Counted from the first letter of the stretch, positions 28,201-38,092 are shown. The stretch is DNA of 54,304 nucleotides from a virus (IMGVR_UViG_3300006120_000027:1-54304); one strand, 5' to 3'. A program made the numbers and translations. Notes: generated by a model from the sequence alone, not told the origin.

Positions 28201-29401
28201 TGCAATAACAGATATCAGTGGTCAAGTTCAAGACATTCAAAAAAGTTTTGCAAAGGTCTTGCAAAAACAAACATCTGGAAATACATATACTTATACTCAA
28301 ACTGTAGATGAAGCATTTCACATAAAGGTTGTTCATTATTATTCAGATGGTGAAAATGGAGAACCTGTTGGAGAAGTAATTGAAGTATTTTTAAATAACA
28401 TAGAGATAACTGGATGGCAACAACCAGACAATACTTCTTCAACTAAATTTAGTGCTTTTCCTAAAAATACACTTACTGGATTAAATCAAAGCCCAGTATT
28501 GCCAACAGCTGTAAGCACGGGAACAAAATTTGGAGCTTATTTTTCAACAAGTGCAGCTGCAATAACAAATGTATCATATGCTTATGCTGCACCATCAACA
28601 ACAATATTAAATGCATCATCTTTAAGAGAAATTTATGCAACTACAAAACCATTAATTGATAGAAGTGTAAATTACTGGTATCAAGATCGAGCATTTTTAA
28701 ATGGATTAATTCAAAATCAAAATATATTTAACAATGAATTAAGTTATATGATGCAAACAAATCCAGAAATTGTTGGAATAAATTATTATGATGTTCAGTA
28801 TACTACTCCAGCAGCTACAAATGTTGATGTACTTCCAGTGGAATATCTTTGGTATTATTTCCCTGGGAATGCACCAACTGACCAAGCTTATCTTCAAACA
28901 CAATTGGTTGATGAATACTCTGCATCTTACTCAGTACCATTAAATACTGGATTCAGGGCAAAAATGGCTATTGTCAATAATAGTCCTCATATGGTTTATT
29001 TAAATAAAGTTGCTGATGATCTTAATCAATTTACAATTACATTAAACTTATGGACTCATGAAATTATTGCTCCATCAGATCCATCAATTATTGAAAAAGT
29101 AATAAATAAAGCTAATGCTTTAGAAGTAGCTCAAATTGATTCACCATGGATTCAATCTAAATCTGCTGCAAATAAAACAATTGATGTAATAGCAATGGGA
29201 GTAGATGGTTTTTCAAAAGATACACACTTAAAAATTTTTGGAAATCCATTAATACAACTTGGGGATATTGTAGGTTTGACGTACAAATTAACGGGAGTTA
29301 ATCAAAAAAAGTATGTTGTTCAGTCTGTAAAACATATATTCAAAACAGGATTGGAGACAGAGTTAGTACTAAATGTAGTAGACAATGGAATTTCCTACTA
29401 A
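25277..29401 (+). CDS. Large minor tail / hub protein
   Basis: 1374 aa; YIDEYGVMKF and C-terminal IFGNPLIQLGDIV...YVVQSVKH hub-like motifs. Confidence 0.75.
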   Translation: MLSLNGLTSTQSSNIFLNANLIKMLPVVSAEWNQNLFNAPYITVAGAGSKENIIATTGSVSDVTGTTNAYKNFTTKAMVTNNGTALVSYQSNPVSSSAAYKIITYVKTSSNLPVIVSSYAKGSSSQFGSTSSEANVFGWTQVVTYIGGQNANDTISSFLYTLKVSNYSSNTADSTIYYTLPEVYATSFFDYQYHSLWPTDSAFGSFRPGESYVKSGNPSYSLPDNFRKINTQTLSNYNYDTYSPISSIIQNPSFSLVSPPVPNYKNVMPTDISPYQYFVSDASNKSISGIYANPIYCNKIIIKLNTTMTVPTIRVTIDSINNYTVTPDKNGLITLYWDGSTWSTTPWSSMPVFNDSGLLSLKTTISKITVTQTEQSLQSQFSNFTNSNFTDANGDWQRMQLIEVSPRLEIDLSPYVEDLQISKSLDSKSTVVPLSTPNPGDTSITLSGIPAFDGTNLIPLFSNNSNSNLSILSGMLYKNIKIYSGYLMDSYSDYNVGPFTSVKSYIPGSVNYVDTWDETDIKEVKIQCYDILRYLQTTPVADYVANLKSVFDIITNILDLSGFTDYDYDSLYKVCNDPATPMDISYFYCNSKDTTLSAALAEIFLAYQIGCYIDEYGVMKFLSLSQILTPQTTALNLTDNHVLNEGYSITNTAKIGKVSVRYQEPKIKQSLALQNATDPSVRENPSFIYTTSNDVVWQQQVSDSLGFNYLHSNMSETDSSFNLSINDLLDIFHTYSLNNNGYAVIENEIVSFAYKQYTISNSSGQSTTVSVKNDLELASEINKFIKKYQSGLNISDGKTPSNYNVIVSPSSGPSSNPSTSAQSITNVQRGMFGTVPVAHTILTDVQSKGLSQALVSGSSIAVGGSYAAPTTISTTNSNAISVIGVTVPANEQILIYPSNVVDAGHHTYSAKFNINYQDSFAGGVFFNMPASMTSTNGAYFVEMTQKNSGTDTNNNTTYQYLLSIYQMVGGVATPIAITDISGQVQDIQKSFAKVLQKQTSGNTYTYTQTVDEAFHIKVVHYYSDGENGEPVGEVIEVFLNNIEITGWQQPDNTSSTKFSAFPKNTLTGLNQSPVLPTAVSTGTKFGAYFSTSAAAITNVSYAYAAPSTTILNASSLREIYATTKPLIDRSVNYWYQDRAFLNGLIQNQNIFNNELSYMMQTNPEIVGINYYDVQYTTPAATNVDVLPVEYLWYYFPGNAPTDQAYLQTQLVDEYSASYSVPLNTGFRAKMAIVNNSPHMVYLNKVADDLNQFTITLNLWTHEIIAPSDPSIIEKVINKANALEVAQIDSPWIQSKSAANKTIDVIAMGVDGFSKDTHLKIFGNPLIQLGDIVGLTYKLTGVNQKKYVVQSVKHIFKTGLETELVLNVVDNGISY

Positions 29402-29404
29402 AAA

Positions 29405-29413
29405 TGGTATAAT
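29405..29413 (+). promoter_or_regulatory. Extended -10 promoter
   Basis: TGG-TATAAT in the intergenic gap. Confidence 0.55.
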
Positions 29414-29438
29414 TTAAATATAAAAATGGAGAAAAACA

Positions 29439-29975
29439 ATGGCATATATTAAAATTTCAGATCCTCATATTGTAGATCTGGCAGCATGGCATCAAGTTAT
29501 CAATGTTGTAAATCAACATAGTGATACTATTAATGCTTTAACCAATAATTTTGGCACTACGGGAAATCTTAATACAAATTTTAACGCTGAAAGCTTTTCG
29601 CATACTTTTGATTCAGGAAGCCAACAAATTGTTTATGGGAAAATTGCAATTAATGGTAATACTTCCAAGGTAACAACAGCTGCAACAAAAACAAAAGCAG
29701 CTCAAACAGTTTATTATGGAACTGCTGTATTTGCTCAAACAGGTGGGGTAAGTGCTTTTTCTACAACACCATTTGTTACAGCTACTTGGTTTGGTCCAAA
29801 TAGCTCAACTTCCTCGCCAGATTTAACAAACGTAGATGTTGTATTATCTATTTATAATATTAAATTCAATCAATTTTCTTGGAAAGCAGTACGAACAAAC
29901 GGGGCTGCTCTTGATTCCCTTTCAACATCTGGAAATTCTGCTTATATAAATTGGATGGCAATAGGACCAAGATAA
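29439..29975 (+). CDS. Minor tail protein
   Basis: C-terminal INWMAIGP, a WxAIG motif common in tail fibre C-terminal domains. Confidence 0.6.
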   Translation: MAYIKISDPHIVDLAAWHQVINVVNQHSDTINALTNNFGTTGNLNTNFNAESFSHTFDSGSQQIVYGKIAINGNTSKVTTAATKTKAAQTVYYGTAVFAQTGGVSAFSTTPFVTATWFGPNSSTSSPDLTNVDVVLSIYNIKFNQFSWKAVRTNGAALDSLSTSGNSAYINWMAIGPR

Positions 29976-29984
29976 GGGAGAGCA

Positions 29985-32900
29985 ATGAAGACGGAATATG
30001 TATCGCCGTACTCTGTATCAAAACGTCAAACAATACCAATTGACGTAAATGACCCACGTCTATCTTACCTTAAAGCAGGAGCAACAAGAGGACGTATCGG
30101 TGCTGAAATTCAAGTTGTTGATTTATCTAATAGCGGCGTATTAAATCTATTAGGATCTGGACTTAGTGGAAGTGGTGGTGGAAATGGTGGTGGAGCCCCA
30201 GGAGACGGTTCCAGCACACCAGGAGCAGTATCAAAAGTTGGAACCCCACCTCTTAAAGTAACTAATCTTGCAGCAATTTGGGATCCATCAAATGATGGAC
30301 AACTTATTTTAACATTTAATTTTGATTTAAATGATCCAGCAAATGCATATTTTGATTCTATTGTTGTTCAGCTGCATGACCCAATAAGCAATGCATTTTA
30401 TCCTATTCTTGAAACTATTCCTTATACTGCAGCCAATATACCTTTATCTTCTTCATCCGCAAGCCAAACATTAAAAATTTCTCCTTCTGACATGTCAACA
30501 ACTGGTTTTCCTAATTTTACAACTGCATTTGATCAAGTTGAAGTAGCAACATATGATACAAGCAATCAAACAGCAGGATTTTGTGACCCAGTTGATATGC
30601 CAACTTACGTGGTTACTTTGCCAGCACCAATTATATCAGAACAAGATGCAACATCTTCGTATATAATAACAACATCAAATCTTGCTAATGCAATTTCCTC
30701 TCAAACTTTTTTAGGCGAAGTAATACAAGAGTTTGTTTACAATACAGCAAATTTAACTTCTACACAAGTTGATGCTGCAGTTTCAGAAGCAGTTGCAGCA
30801 AACAGGCCAGGTTGGATTCAAGTAGGTGAATTAAAAACTATTAGCCCTACAACAGTTTTTGCAGCAGACGGCCTTCATAGATACGTAAGAGCATATTTTA
30901 TAACTAAAAATGGTGCAAAGTCTGCATACTCTAATTATGTTGAAGCAACACCAGCAGCATTGTTACCAGCAAACAATTTGCCACCAGCAAATGTAACAAA
31001 TGTTTCGGGTGCTTTTTCAAACAGTGGTTCGGGAGATGACATAGTAATTAGTTATACCTTACCTGCCATCCTAGATTCAGATTTAAATAAAGCGATAACT
31101 ATTAAAGTTAAACTAGTTCCAACTGTTGCAAATAATCTATCAGGATTTTTTTATCATACTATTGGAAGTAAAACTGAAACGTCTTTTACAATTCCTAAAA
31201 ATTTAATATTTGCACAATTTGGTCAATATTATAAATCTTATACAGGAACTGTTGTTACTCAATCTCAATATGGAACAGATAGCTCAACAGTACAAAATTT
31301 AAATGCATTTACAAGAACTAGTTCAATTGCTTCAGTAGTTCCAGTAGCAACTGTTACAAATGTTATTGATGGATATAACGTACAGTTTGCTCTCGGAACA
31401 ACAGGTGCTTCATATGGAGAAGTTTATCAATTTTTTATTGATCCTACTAATAATTTTAATACTGTTGACATGCCAGATTATATGGACGCAACCTTTACTT
31501 CTGGGGGAACATCAGGCCAAAAAACTTTTGTTGTAAATTCAATTTTAATGGAAAATGGCGGGTTTGCATTACCAACTGGAAAGACTGTAAATACTTATGT
31601 CGGATATCCAATAACTGGAACTGGTATTCCTGCAAACACTTGGGTAACTTCAATATCTGGTTCTGGCCCATATACAATTACAGTAAACAATAATTTGACC
31701 CAGCAAGCAGCTGGAAATTATCATATGCAATCTTTGGTATATTCAGGAATAGGTCCAGCAAACGTATTTGACAATCTATATGCAACTGCTTATTTAATTT
31801 TAAGATATTATGATATTTATGACTCTCCTTCACAAAATTCTATTGTTTATCAAGTAACTCCAACAAATCCATCAATATCTGTTATTCAAAATGCAGTCCA
31901 GGTAGGAAGTGGCGGAGCTATATATGTTGGGTCGTCGGCTACATCGGGATCAAGAATAGTACTCGGACCATCGGGCAATAAAGGCCCTGATGGGTCATCG
32001 GCTTATTCTGGAATATTTGCATTTGACTATGGAGCCGCATCTGGAGATGCTGCAAGTACAGCTATCATTACAAACCCTGGAGCATCAAGTTATACATTTG
32101 AAACTAAAAACGCAAAAATTGCTGATTGGTCAATTAATGGTACACAGATTCAAAATACTTTAGGCACTTCGTCAAATTACGTAGGATTGTCTGCAACAGG
32201 TCCCTACTCATTTTGGGCGGGATCTACGACAAGTGGTGGAGATGCACAGGCTAAATTTACAGTAACTCCAGGCGGAGCAGTAGTAGCAAGAAATATTCAA
32301 ATAATAGGTAGTGGTAATAATTCTGATATTCTGATCAGTGCAGGCACAGGTTTTTATGTTTATGGCGATGGAAGCATTACTGCAACAAAAGCAACAATAA
32401 CTGGAACATTGCACGTAGGAAACAAATCAACATTTGATAGCGATGTAACTATCGGCCCAGCTGGCTATTTGCTTGCAAATGGAACTGGCGGGGCTTATTT
32501 AAAAATTGGTGGGAATGGTCTTAATGCTTCTCCTGACGGCACATCAATAACTACACAAATATCATCAAGTGTAATAGGAACTAACACAGACGGGCTTGGA
32601 ATATCGTTTGCAACAAAAGGAGCATACCTTGGAGGTATGAGTTCTTCTGATGGAAACCCATGGATTGTTGCAGCGGGTAAAATATATTCTTATAATGGTG
32701 CCATAGAGTTAAATTCATCATCTGCTACAATCAGCATATATCCATCAGATAGCCAAAGCAATTATGGAATTAAGCTTTATGGGAATAGCCCAAGTAGTGC
32801 AAACGCTATTACTGTAGGGTATTTGCCAGGCTCAGGATATGATCCTACATTTAAGGTGACCTACGCTGGAGTATTAACAGCTCACGGAGCTATTATTGAT

Positions 32901-33542
32901 GGAAATATAACTGCAACAACTGGGTATATAGGAACTTCTTCAAATGGTTGGATAATTAATGACAGCAATATAATTTCTAAATCATCCAAATCTGCAACTT
33001 ATTTACAACTAGATGCAGCTACCGATTCATTAATTTCACATTCAACTGGTTCATCTGCACCAGGATCCATAATATCATTCAGTGCGGTAAGTTCTGGTGG
33101 TTCAATAGTAGCAGGCTCTGCTCAAGCAGCCAGCATAGACACTATAACAAAGTACTCTGCTGGGTATATGTCGTCTACAGGGTATAGCGTATTACAAAGT
33201 GCGAAAGCCTTTCAGTTTTTTGGAGGAAATCCCACAGTTGGCTCAATGCCACTGATTTCTGTAGATCCAGACGGATCTTCAACAACATGGACAAATAATG
33301 GAAGTATTCAAGTTCAAAAACAATCATTTACTGCAATAAATACTGGAGTTGTTTATTTAAATAGCAATGATATAATTATCGGCAGCAAGAGTAACGGCAA
33401 TATTTATTTTAATGGTTTTCTTGATATTAGAAATGATACTAACATAACTGGAGCACACCAGTATATTAGAAATATTTGGATTAGTTCATCATACTCAACC
33501 CCATCTGGAGGGTTTGTTGGTGATTTATGGGTTACGTATTAA
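29985..33542 (+). CDS. Tail fibre / host-specificity protein
   Basis: 1185 aa, Gly/Ser/Thr-rich, Ig/FN3-like segments, GNITATTGYIG..GWII motif, C-terminal GDLWVTY. Confidence 0.7.
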   Translation: MKTEYVSPYSVSKRQTIPIDVNDPRLSYLKAGATRGRIGAEIQVVDLSNSGVLNLLGSGLSGSGGGNGGGAPGDGSSTPGAVSKVGTPPLKVTNLAAIWDPSNDGQLILTFNFDLNDPANAYFDSIVVQLHDPISNAFYPILETIPYTAANIPLSSSSASQTLKISPSDMSTTGFPNFTTAFDQVEVATYDTSNQTAGFCDPVDMPTYVVTLPAPIISEQDATSSYIITTSNLANAISSQTFLGEVIQEFVYNTANLTSTQVDAAVSEAVAANRPGWIQVGELKTISPTTVFAADGLHRYVRAYFITKNGAKSAYSNYVEATPAALLPANNLPPANVTNVSGAFSNSGSGDDIVISYTLPAILDSDLNKAITIKVKLVPTVANNLSGFFYHTIGSKTETSFTIPKNLIFAQFGQYYKSYTGTVVTQSQYGTDSSTVQNLNAFTRTSSIASVVPVATVTNVIDGYNVQFALGTTGASYGEVYQFFIDPTNNFNTVDMPDYMDATFTSGGTSGQKTFVVNSILMENGGFALPTGKTVNTYVGYPITGTGIPANTWVTSISGSGPYTITVNNNLTQQAAGNYHMQSLVYSGIGPANVFDNLYATAYLILRYYDIYDSPSQNSIVYQVTPTNPSISVIQNAVQVGSGGAIYVGSSATSGSRIVLGPSGNKGPDGSSAYSGIFAFDYGAASGDAASTAIITNPGASSYTFETKNAKIADWSINGTQIQNTLGTSSNYVGLSATGPYSFWAGSTTSGGDAQAKFTVTPGGAVVARNIQIIGSGNNSDILISAGTGFYVYGDGSITATKATITGTLHVGNKSTFDSDVTIGPAGYLLANGTGGAYLKIGGNGLNASPDGTSITTQISSSVIGTNTDGLGISFATKGAYLGGMSSSDGNPWIVAAGKIYSYNGAIELNSSSATISIYPSDSQSNYGIKLYGNSPSSANAITVGYLPGSGYDPTFKVTYAGVLTAHGAIIDGNITATTGYIGTSSNGWIINDSNIISKSSKSATYLQLDAATDSLISHSTGSSAPGSIISFSAVSSGGSIVAGSAQAASIDTITKYSAGYMSSTGYSVLQSAKAFQFFGGNPTVGSMPLISVDPDGSSTTWTNNGSIQVQKQSFTAINTGVVYLNSNDIIIGSKSNGNIYFNGFLDIRNDTNITGAHQYIRNIWISSSYSTPSGGFVGDLWVTY

Positions 33543-33551
33543 GGGGATAAA

Positions 33552-35861
33552 TTGGGTTTATCAGTAAACACTGGAAGCTGGGGGCCAGCTAAAAAAATTT
33601 TTGTAAATGTAGGTAGTTGGATTGAAGCCGTAGCTGGCTTTATAAATACCGCTGCTGGCTGGGTTCAATTTTATCCAAAAAGCGGACCATCAACAAAAAC
33701 CCTTCCAGTTTTAACTTCTACTGGTTCATACCCCAACTATACTTTATCTGGTAAAATTTATTATTTCTCTGGGGTAAATTCTATATTTTATAATTTTTTT
33801 AGTTCAAATGATCAAATTACTTGGACTCAAATTTTTTCATCAAACATATCAATATCAAATCCTACATCACAAACTGGATACACAAATACTCCTACAAATT
33901 ACACCACCAACTCAACATATTTTTTAAATAATGGCGGAGCATATGCAAAAATGACAGTTTTTGCATACGATGCAGCTAGAAATTTAACTCCAATAGATAG
34001 CAATATCGTAACACTTCCAAGCCCACCAATATATGTAAGTGGTGCCCCTGCAACTGTAGCAGATACTCTTAATATGAAAATAACAATTTCATCAGGCACA
34101 TTGTTATTTTATGGTGCACCTACATCTTATGATTATTATGTTATGTATTCTGTAGATGATTCTCCAAGAAGTTATGTTCAAGATACAAAGATAACAACAA
34201 GTATTGGAGTCTCAGTTGATTATATTGCAACAAAATCTGGCTATTATAAAGTTTATGCCGATGCAGTGAATTCATATGGAACTTCTTCAGCTAATAGCGA
34301 TTATAGTTCGCCAACCATATATTTATTTCAACCTCCAACAGCAAATTCATATCCATACATTACAGTAAACGGTGTATACGCATCAGGAGCTGAGATAACA
34401 GATACAATTTTAAATGTGCATTCTGGGTCTTATTCAAATTATGCAAGCGTAACAACAAAATTAATAAGATCAAATACTAGAAATAATAATGATTTTTATT
34501 ACAATGGTACATCTTTAACAACTCCATATAAAATTACATCTAATGACGGAGATCCCACATTGGGAGCGTATAGATTTACTGCTATGGATATAGTTACTGA
34601 TGTTAAAGGTACAAACTATTATTATTGGCAAGGCTCAAGCCCTTCAAATGGAACAACTGGAACAAGCCCTGGGGGCGGAGGATATTCAGTTATAGCAACC
34701 GCAGCGGTATGGACCGTATACCTTTCTACGACTGTAGGAACGTTAGCGCAACCTTCTATCCAAGTTGTAAGAGGACAATCATTAACACTACCAACACCAA
34801 CGGCAGCAGGATACATATTTCAATATTGGACACTTGGGGGAGGATCTAAGTTTGCAAACGGTGGTACTGTAATAACACCAACATCAGATCTGTACCTTTA
34901 TGCTTACTGGTCATCCAGTACACCGCCTTCTCTATCCAACTTTACTATAAGTAGTACTGGTAATTATATAAACTATTCATTTAGCAATTCTGGAGGAAGT
35001 CCAGTAAATGGATACAACATTAGTGTTGGAGGATATGATTACGCTGTTTCTAGTAATTCTGGTCAATTACCAGGGCAATTTTGGGATCCATCTGACACTA
35101 CTACGCCAAATGTAACCGCAATGGTTTACGCACTAGGAAATGGAAATTCTATTATTGGTAACACTGCGTATTCAAATACTCTACCAAATCCATATTATAC
35201 TGGCACTCAACCACCAGCTTCATCAACTTCAGGTACTGGAACACAAACACCTTCACCAACCCCTACACCAACCCCTACACCAACCCCTACACAAACTCAA
35301 ACACTTACCCCTCCATTTTCCTTCAGTACAATTTCTTTTTTCTTTACTCCATTTACATTTACTCCTTCTGGCCCTGCAGCAGGAGGTTTTGTGTTTACCC
35401 CGTGGGGAAACTCTATTGACGTTGATGTAAAAATACTGACACCAGATGGACAAAAGTATGCGGGGGACTTAAAAGTTGGAAATACAATTTTATCATTAAA
35501 TATTAGTGAAAAAGATTATGATAATTGGCAAACCAATCCAGAAATATTTAATAATTATGAAAAGACAGAAACAAAAATTGTTTCAATAAACAGGGCAATG
35601 GGTTCAAGATATTTATATGTTGATGGAGATATATTTACTCCTTCTCATTACATCCTTGCCAAAAAAGATAATATCGTCAAATTTGTTAAGGTAACAGATA
35701 TTGACACAAGTTATAAGCGTTACTCTTATAAAGAAAATGATTTTGTTGATATCACTATAGTAGAAGATATATTTTCTCAAATGGAAAATGTATCTATAAA
35801 ATGTGAGCCTTACAATAATTTCTTTACTAGCAATATGTTAGTTTTTGATAGCGTAAAGTGA
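33552..35861 (+). CDS. Virion-type protein: beta-rich domains + InlB B-repeat-like domain + PT/FTP repeats + C-terminal Hint-like domain
   Basis: TTG start with SD AAGGGG. LPTPTAAGYIFQYW...DLYLYAYW; (PT)n; FFFTPFTFTP..FVFTPWGN; Hint-like domain from 35412, about 65% identical (hand count) to that of 3222..4733. Confidence 0.82.
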   Translation: MGLSVNTGSWGPAKKIFVNVGSWIEAVAGFINTAAGWVQFYPKSGPSTKTLPVLTSTGSYPNYTLSGKIYYFSGVNSIFYNFFSSNDQITWTQIFSSNISISNPTSQTGYTNTPTNYTTNSTYFLNNGGAYAKMTVFAYDAARNLTPIDSNIVTLPSPPIYVSGAPATVADTLNMKITISSGTLLFYGAPTSYDYYVMYSVDDSPRSYVQDTKITTSIGVSVDYIATKSGYYKVYADAVNSYGTSSANSDYSSPTIYLFQPPTANSYPYITVNGVYASGAEITDTILNVHSGSYSNYASVTTKLIRSNTRNNNDFYYNGTSLTTPYKITSNDGDPTLGAYRFTAMDIVTDVKGTNYYYWQGSSPSNGTTGTSPGGGGYSVIATAAVWTVYLSTTVGTLAQPSIQVVRGQSLTLPTPTAAGYIFQYWTLGGGSKFANGGTVITPTSDLYLYAYWSSSTPPSLSNFTISSTGNYINYSFSNSGGSPVNGYNISVGGYDYAVSSNSGQLPGQFWDPSDTTTPNVTAMVYALGNGNSIIGNTAYSNTLPNPYYTGTQPPASSTSGTGTQTPSPTPTPTPTPTPTQTQTLTPPFSFSTISFFFTPFTFTPSGPAAGGFVFTPWGNSIDVDVKILTPDGQKYAGDLKVGNTILSLNISEKDYDNWQTNPEIFNNYEKTETKIVSINRAMGSRYLYVDGDIFTPSHYILAKKDNIVKFVKVTDIDTSYKRYSYKENDFVDITIVEDIFSQMENVSIKCEPYNNFFTSNMLVFDSVK
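35256..35291 (+). repeat. Perfect 12-bp tandem repeat CCAACCCCTACA x3 encoding (PT)6
   Basis: Read directly from the sequence. Confidence 0.9.
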
Positions 35862-35872
35862 GGGATTAATTA

Positions 35873-36748
35873 ATGTCAAGTATTTTTGTTCAAATAGCTG
35901 CATATCACGATTATGAATTACCAAGAACAATTAAAGATTGTATTGAAAAAAGTTCTAAAAACAATATAATAAATATTGGAGTGAACTTTACTTTTTGGAG
36001 TAGAAAAAAAGAATTTATTTTTCCAGAATATGATAATGTAAAAATTAATATTATGAAGTCTCCAGAGGGGCTGGGAGTTGGTGTTGGAAGATATAATGCT
36101 AATAAGTTTTATAACAATGAAGATTATTACCTACAAATAGATTCTCATACAAGATTTGTTGAAAATTGGGATGAAAACTTTATATCTACGCATCAAAAAT
36201 ATACAAGTCAAGGATATAATCCAATTTTAACAACTTATCCAGGATGGTATAAATATGTTGACTATAATATAGTTTACGAAGAAAATCCAACAGTGCCATT
36301 TATAGATTTTAAGCACGATGAAAAACTTTTTTTACATGCAGGGTATTTGAACCAAGATGGCAATCCAAATAAACCAGAAAATATATTTACAAATTCTGTT
36401 GCGGGGGGACAAATTTTTGGTGCTGGAAACATATCTGAAATACCTTTAAATCCCAAAATCTTTATGTGGGGCGAAGAGTTTCTTACAGCAGCTAGATTTT
36501 TTACTCATGGCTATGACTTAATGCTACCAGAACAACAAAACCTTTACCATCTTTATTTTGGGGATCCAGTAAGTAGTCAAAGAAGACAACCTACTTTAGA
36601 CTATCCAAAACAAACTGAAGCATTAATAAGAGAATCTAATGATGAAATTAGAACTATTATACATAATAAAATCATTGGCCCCGACGCCCTAGGCTCAAAA
36701 AGAACACTGGATGAATTTTTTAAATATGCGGGGATTGATTTTAATTAA
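35873..36748 (+). CDS. Glycosyltransferase, Skp1-hydroxyproline GlcNAc-transferase (Gnt1/GT60)-like
   Basis: SIFVQIAAYHDYE, GVGVGRY, EDYYLQIDSHTRFVENWD, ILTTYP, FMWGEE...ARFFTHGYDL, YHLY. Confidence 0.85.
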   Translation: MSSIFVQIAAYHDYELPRTIKDCIEKSSKNNIINIGVNFTFWSRKKEFIFPEYDNVKINIMKSPEGLGVGVGRYNANKFYNNEDYYLQIDSHTRFVENWDENFISTHQKYTSQGYNPILTTYPGWYKYVDYNIVYEENPTVPFIDFKHDEKLFLHAGYLNQDGNPNKPENIFTNSVAGGQIFGAGNISEIPLNPKIFMWGEEFLTAARFFTHGYDLMLPEQQNLYHLYFGDPVSSQRRQPTLDYPKQTEALIRESNDEIRTIIHNKIIGPDALGSKRTLDEFFKYAGIDFN

Positions 36749-36759
36749 AATATTTATTA

Positions 36760-36768
36760 TGTTATACT
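36760..36768 (+). promoter_or_regulatory. Extended -10 promoter
   Basis: TGT-TATACT, then SD AAAGGAGG and ATG 36784. Confidence 0.45.
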
Positions 36769-36783
36769 AAGAAAGGAGGAAAA

Positions 36784-37020
36784 ATGGCCGTAGATTTAAC
36801 AACAGAAGAAAAAACAGCAATAATTGAATCTCATCAAAAGAGTATCACTTATAATCAATATAACTTGCAGATAAGTCTTGTTGAGGAAAACTCTAAAGCT
36901 TTCCCAGACCACTCAATCATTGCTAATTTAGAGAAACAAATTACTGATGCTTCTAATCAACTTGCAGCACTTGAAGCACAAATTTCTCAATTGCCAGCAA
37001 CTCCTGCTACAACTAATTAA
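36784..37020 (+). CDS. Hypothetical coiled-coil protein
   Basis: Perfect SD AAAGGAGG; 78 aa. Confidence 0.75.
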   Translation: MAVDLTTEEKTAIIESHQKSITYNQYNLQISLVEENSKAFPDHSIIANLEKQITDASNQLAALEAQISQLPATPATTN

Positions 37021-37035
37021 TAGGATAAAAAAATA

Positions 37036-37224
37036 ATGGAAAAAACAGAATTAATTATTACTGCTCTACAGCAACGTATTGGCGAAATGGCGGCTTCCTA
37101 CGAATTGGAAAAAGCAATGTTAAGAGCAGAATACACTCAAATTCTTCAAGAACTTGAAACATATAAAGATCAAGTTTCTAAAGCGGAATACTCAAAAGAA
37201 GTATTAGACGCTATTCAAAAATAA
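37036..37224 (+). CDS. Hypothetical coiled-coil protein
   Basis: SD TAGGA; ITALQQRIGE helical pattern. Confidence 0.7.
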   Translation: MEKTELIITALQQRIGEMAASYELEKAMLRAEYTQILQELETYKDQVSKAEYSKEVLDAIQK

Positions 37225-37228
37225 ATTA

Positions 37229-37257
37229 TTGCTTTATAAAAAACATACATGTATATT
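37229..37257 (+). promoter_or_regulatory. Putative sigma70-type promoter
   Basis: TTGCTT, 17 nt, TATATT. Confidence 0.45.
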
Positions 37258-37288
37258 ATACACATACACACAAATGAAAGGTGTTTAG

Positions 37289-38092
37289 TTGTCTAACGAT
37301 TTAAAATGGATGTTATCTTCTGATCAACAATTCCCATACCAAGATGATAAAGCTATTGAGCTTTGGTTTAAGGTTATGAAATGGTTTAAACCAGATGTTG
37401 TAGATTATTTGGGAGATACAGACGATCAAGCTTGCTATAGTAAATACACTGAAGGCCGTTCTGCAGAATTTTTGCAGTTGCATAAAGACGACAGCAAAGA
37501 CCTTATTGTTCCCATGATGAGACATGAAGCAAAAGGCGCAAGAGATTTTTATGCAAAGACAAGAGAAATGCTTCCAGATGCTCAATTATTTTCAGCATTA
37601 GGAAATCATGACATTAGAATTTTTGATTACATTGACAAGAAGCTTCCAGACTATGCTAAAGACATAACACCAGAGTCACTTTGGTCATTAGACTCTTTAG
37701 GTTATGATTATATTTATTACAATGAATTGCCAAAACATCGCTTTGGTGATATTCATGTTCATCATGGACTTTCAATTGCTGATACAGGTGCAGTAAGAAA
37801 AGACATAGATGATTTGCAAATCTCTCTTATTAGAGGTCACTCGCATAGAATTGCTTCACATTTTCAAACATATGAATTACCAGTGGCAACGGGTGGAAGA
37901 ACAATTCGTGGATATGAAATTGGTCATATGTGTGATGAAAAAAGTTCGGGTATGAAGTATACACAGAACCATAATTGGCAAAAAGGTTTCGCAATCGCAC
38001 ACATTGAGAATGGTCAACATCCTCACGTACAGATTGTGGAAATTTCCCCTGACTACACATGTTATGTTGATGGGAAATTATTTAGTGTCTAA
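37289..38092 (+). CDS. Calcineurin-like metallophosphoesterase
   Basis: SDQQ (variant DxH), LGDTDD, GNHD, HHG, GHSH. Confidence 0.88.
   Translation: MSNDLKWMLSSDQQFPYQDDKAIELWFKVMKWFKPDVVDYLGDTDDQACYSKYTEGRSAEFLQLHKDDSKDLIVPMMRHEAKGARDFYAKTREMLPDAQLFSALGNHDIRIFDYIDKKLPDYAKDITPESLWSLDSLGYDYIYYNELPKHRFGDIHVHHGLSIADTGAVRKDIDDLQISLIRGHSHRIASHFQTYELPVATGGRTIRGYEIGHMCDEKSSGMKYTQNHNWQKGFAIAHIENGQHPHVQIVEISPDYTCYVDGKLFSV

Noticed and set aside
4248-35861. The two similar C-terminal regions as a DGR template/variable repeat pair
   Set aside because: No reverse transcriptase in the window; both copies are coding and differences include an indel and non-adenine changes.
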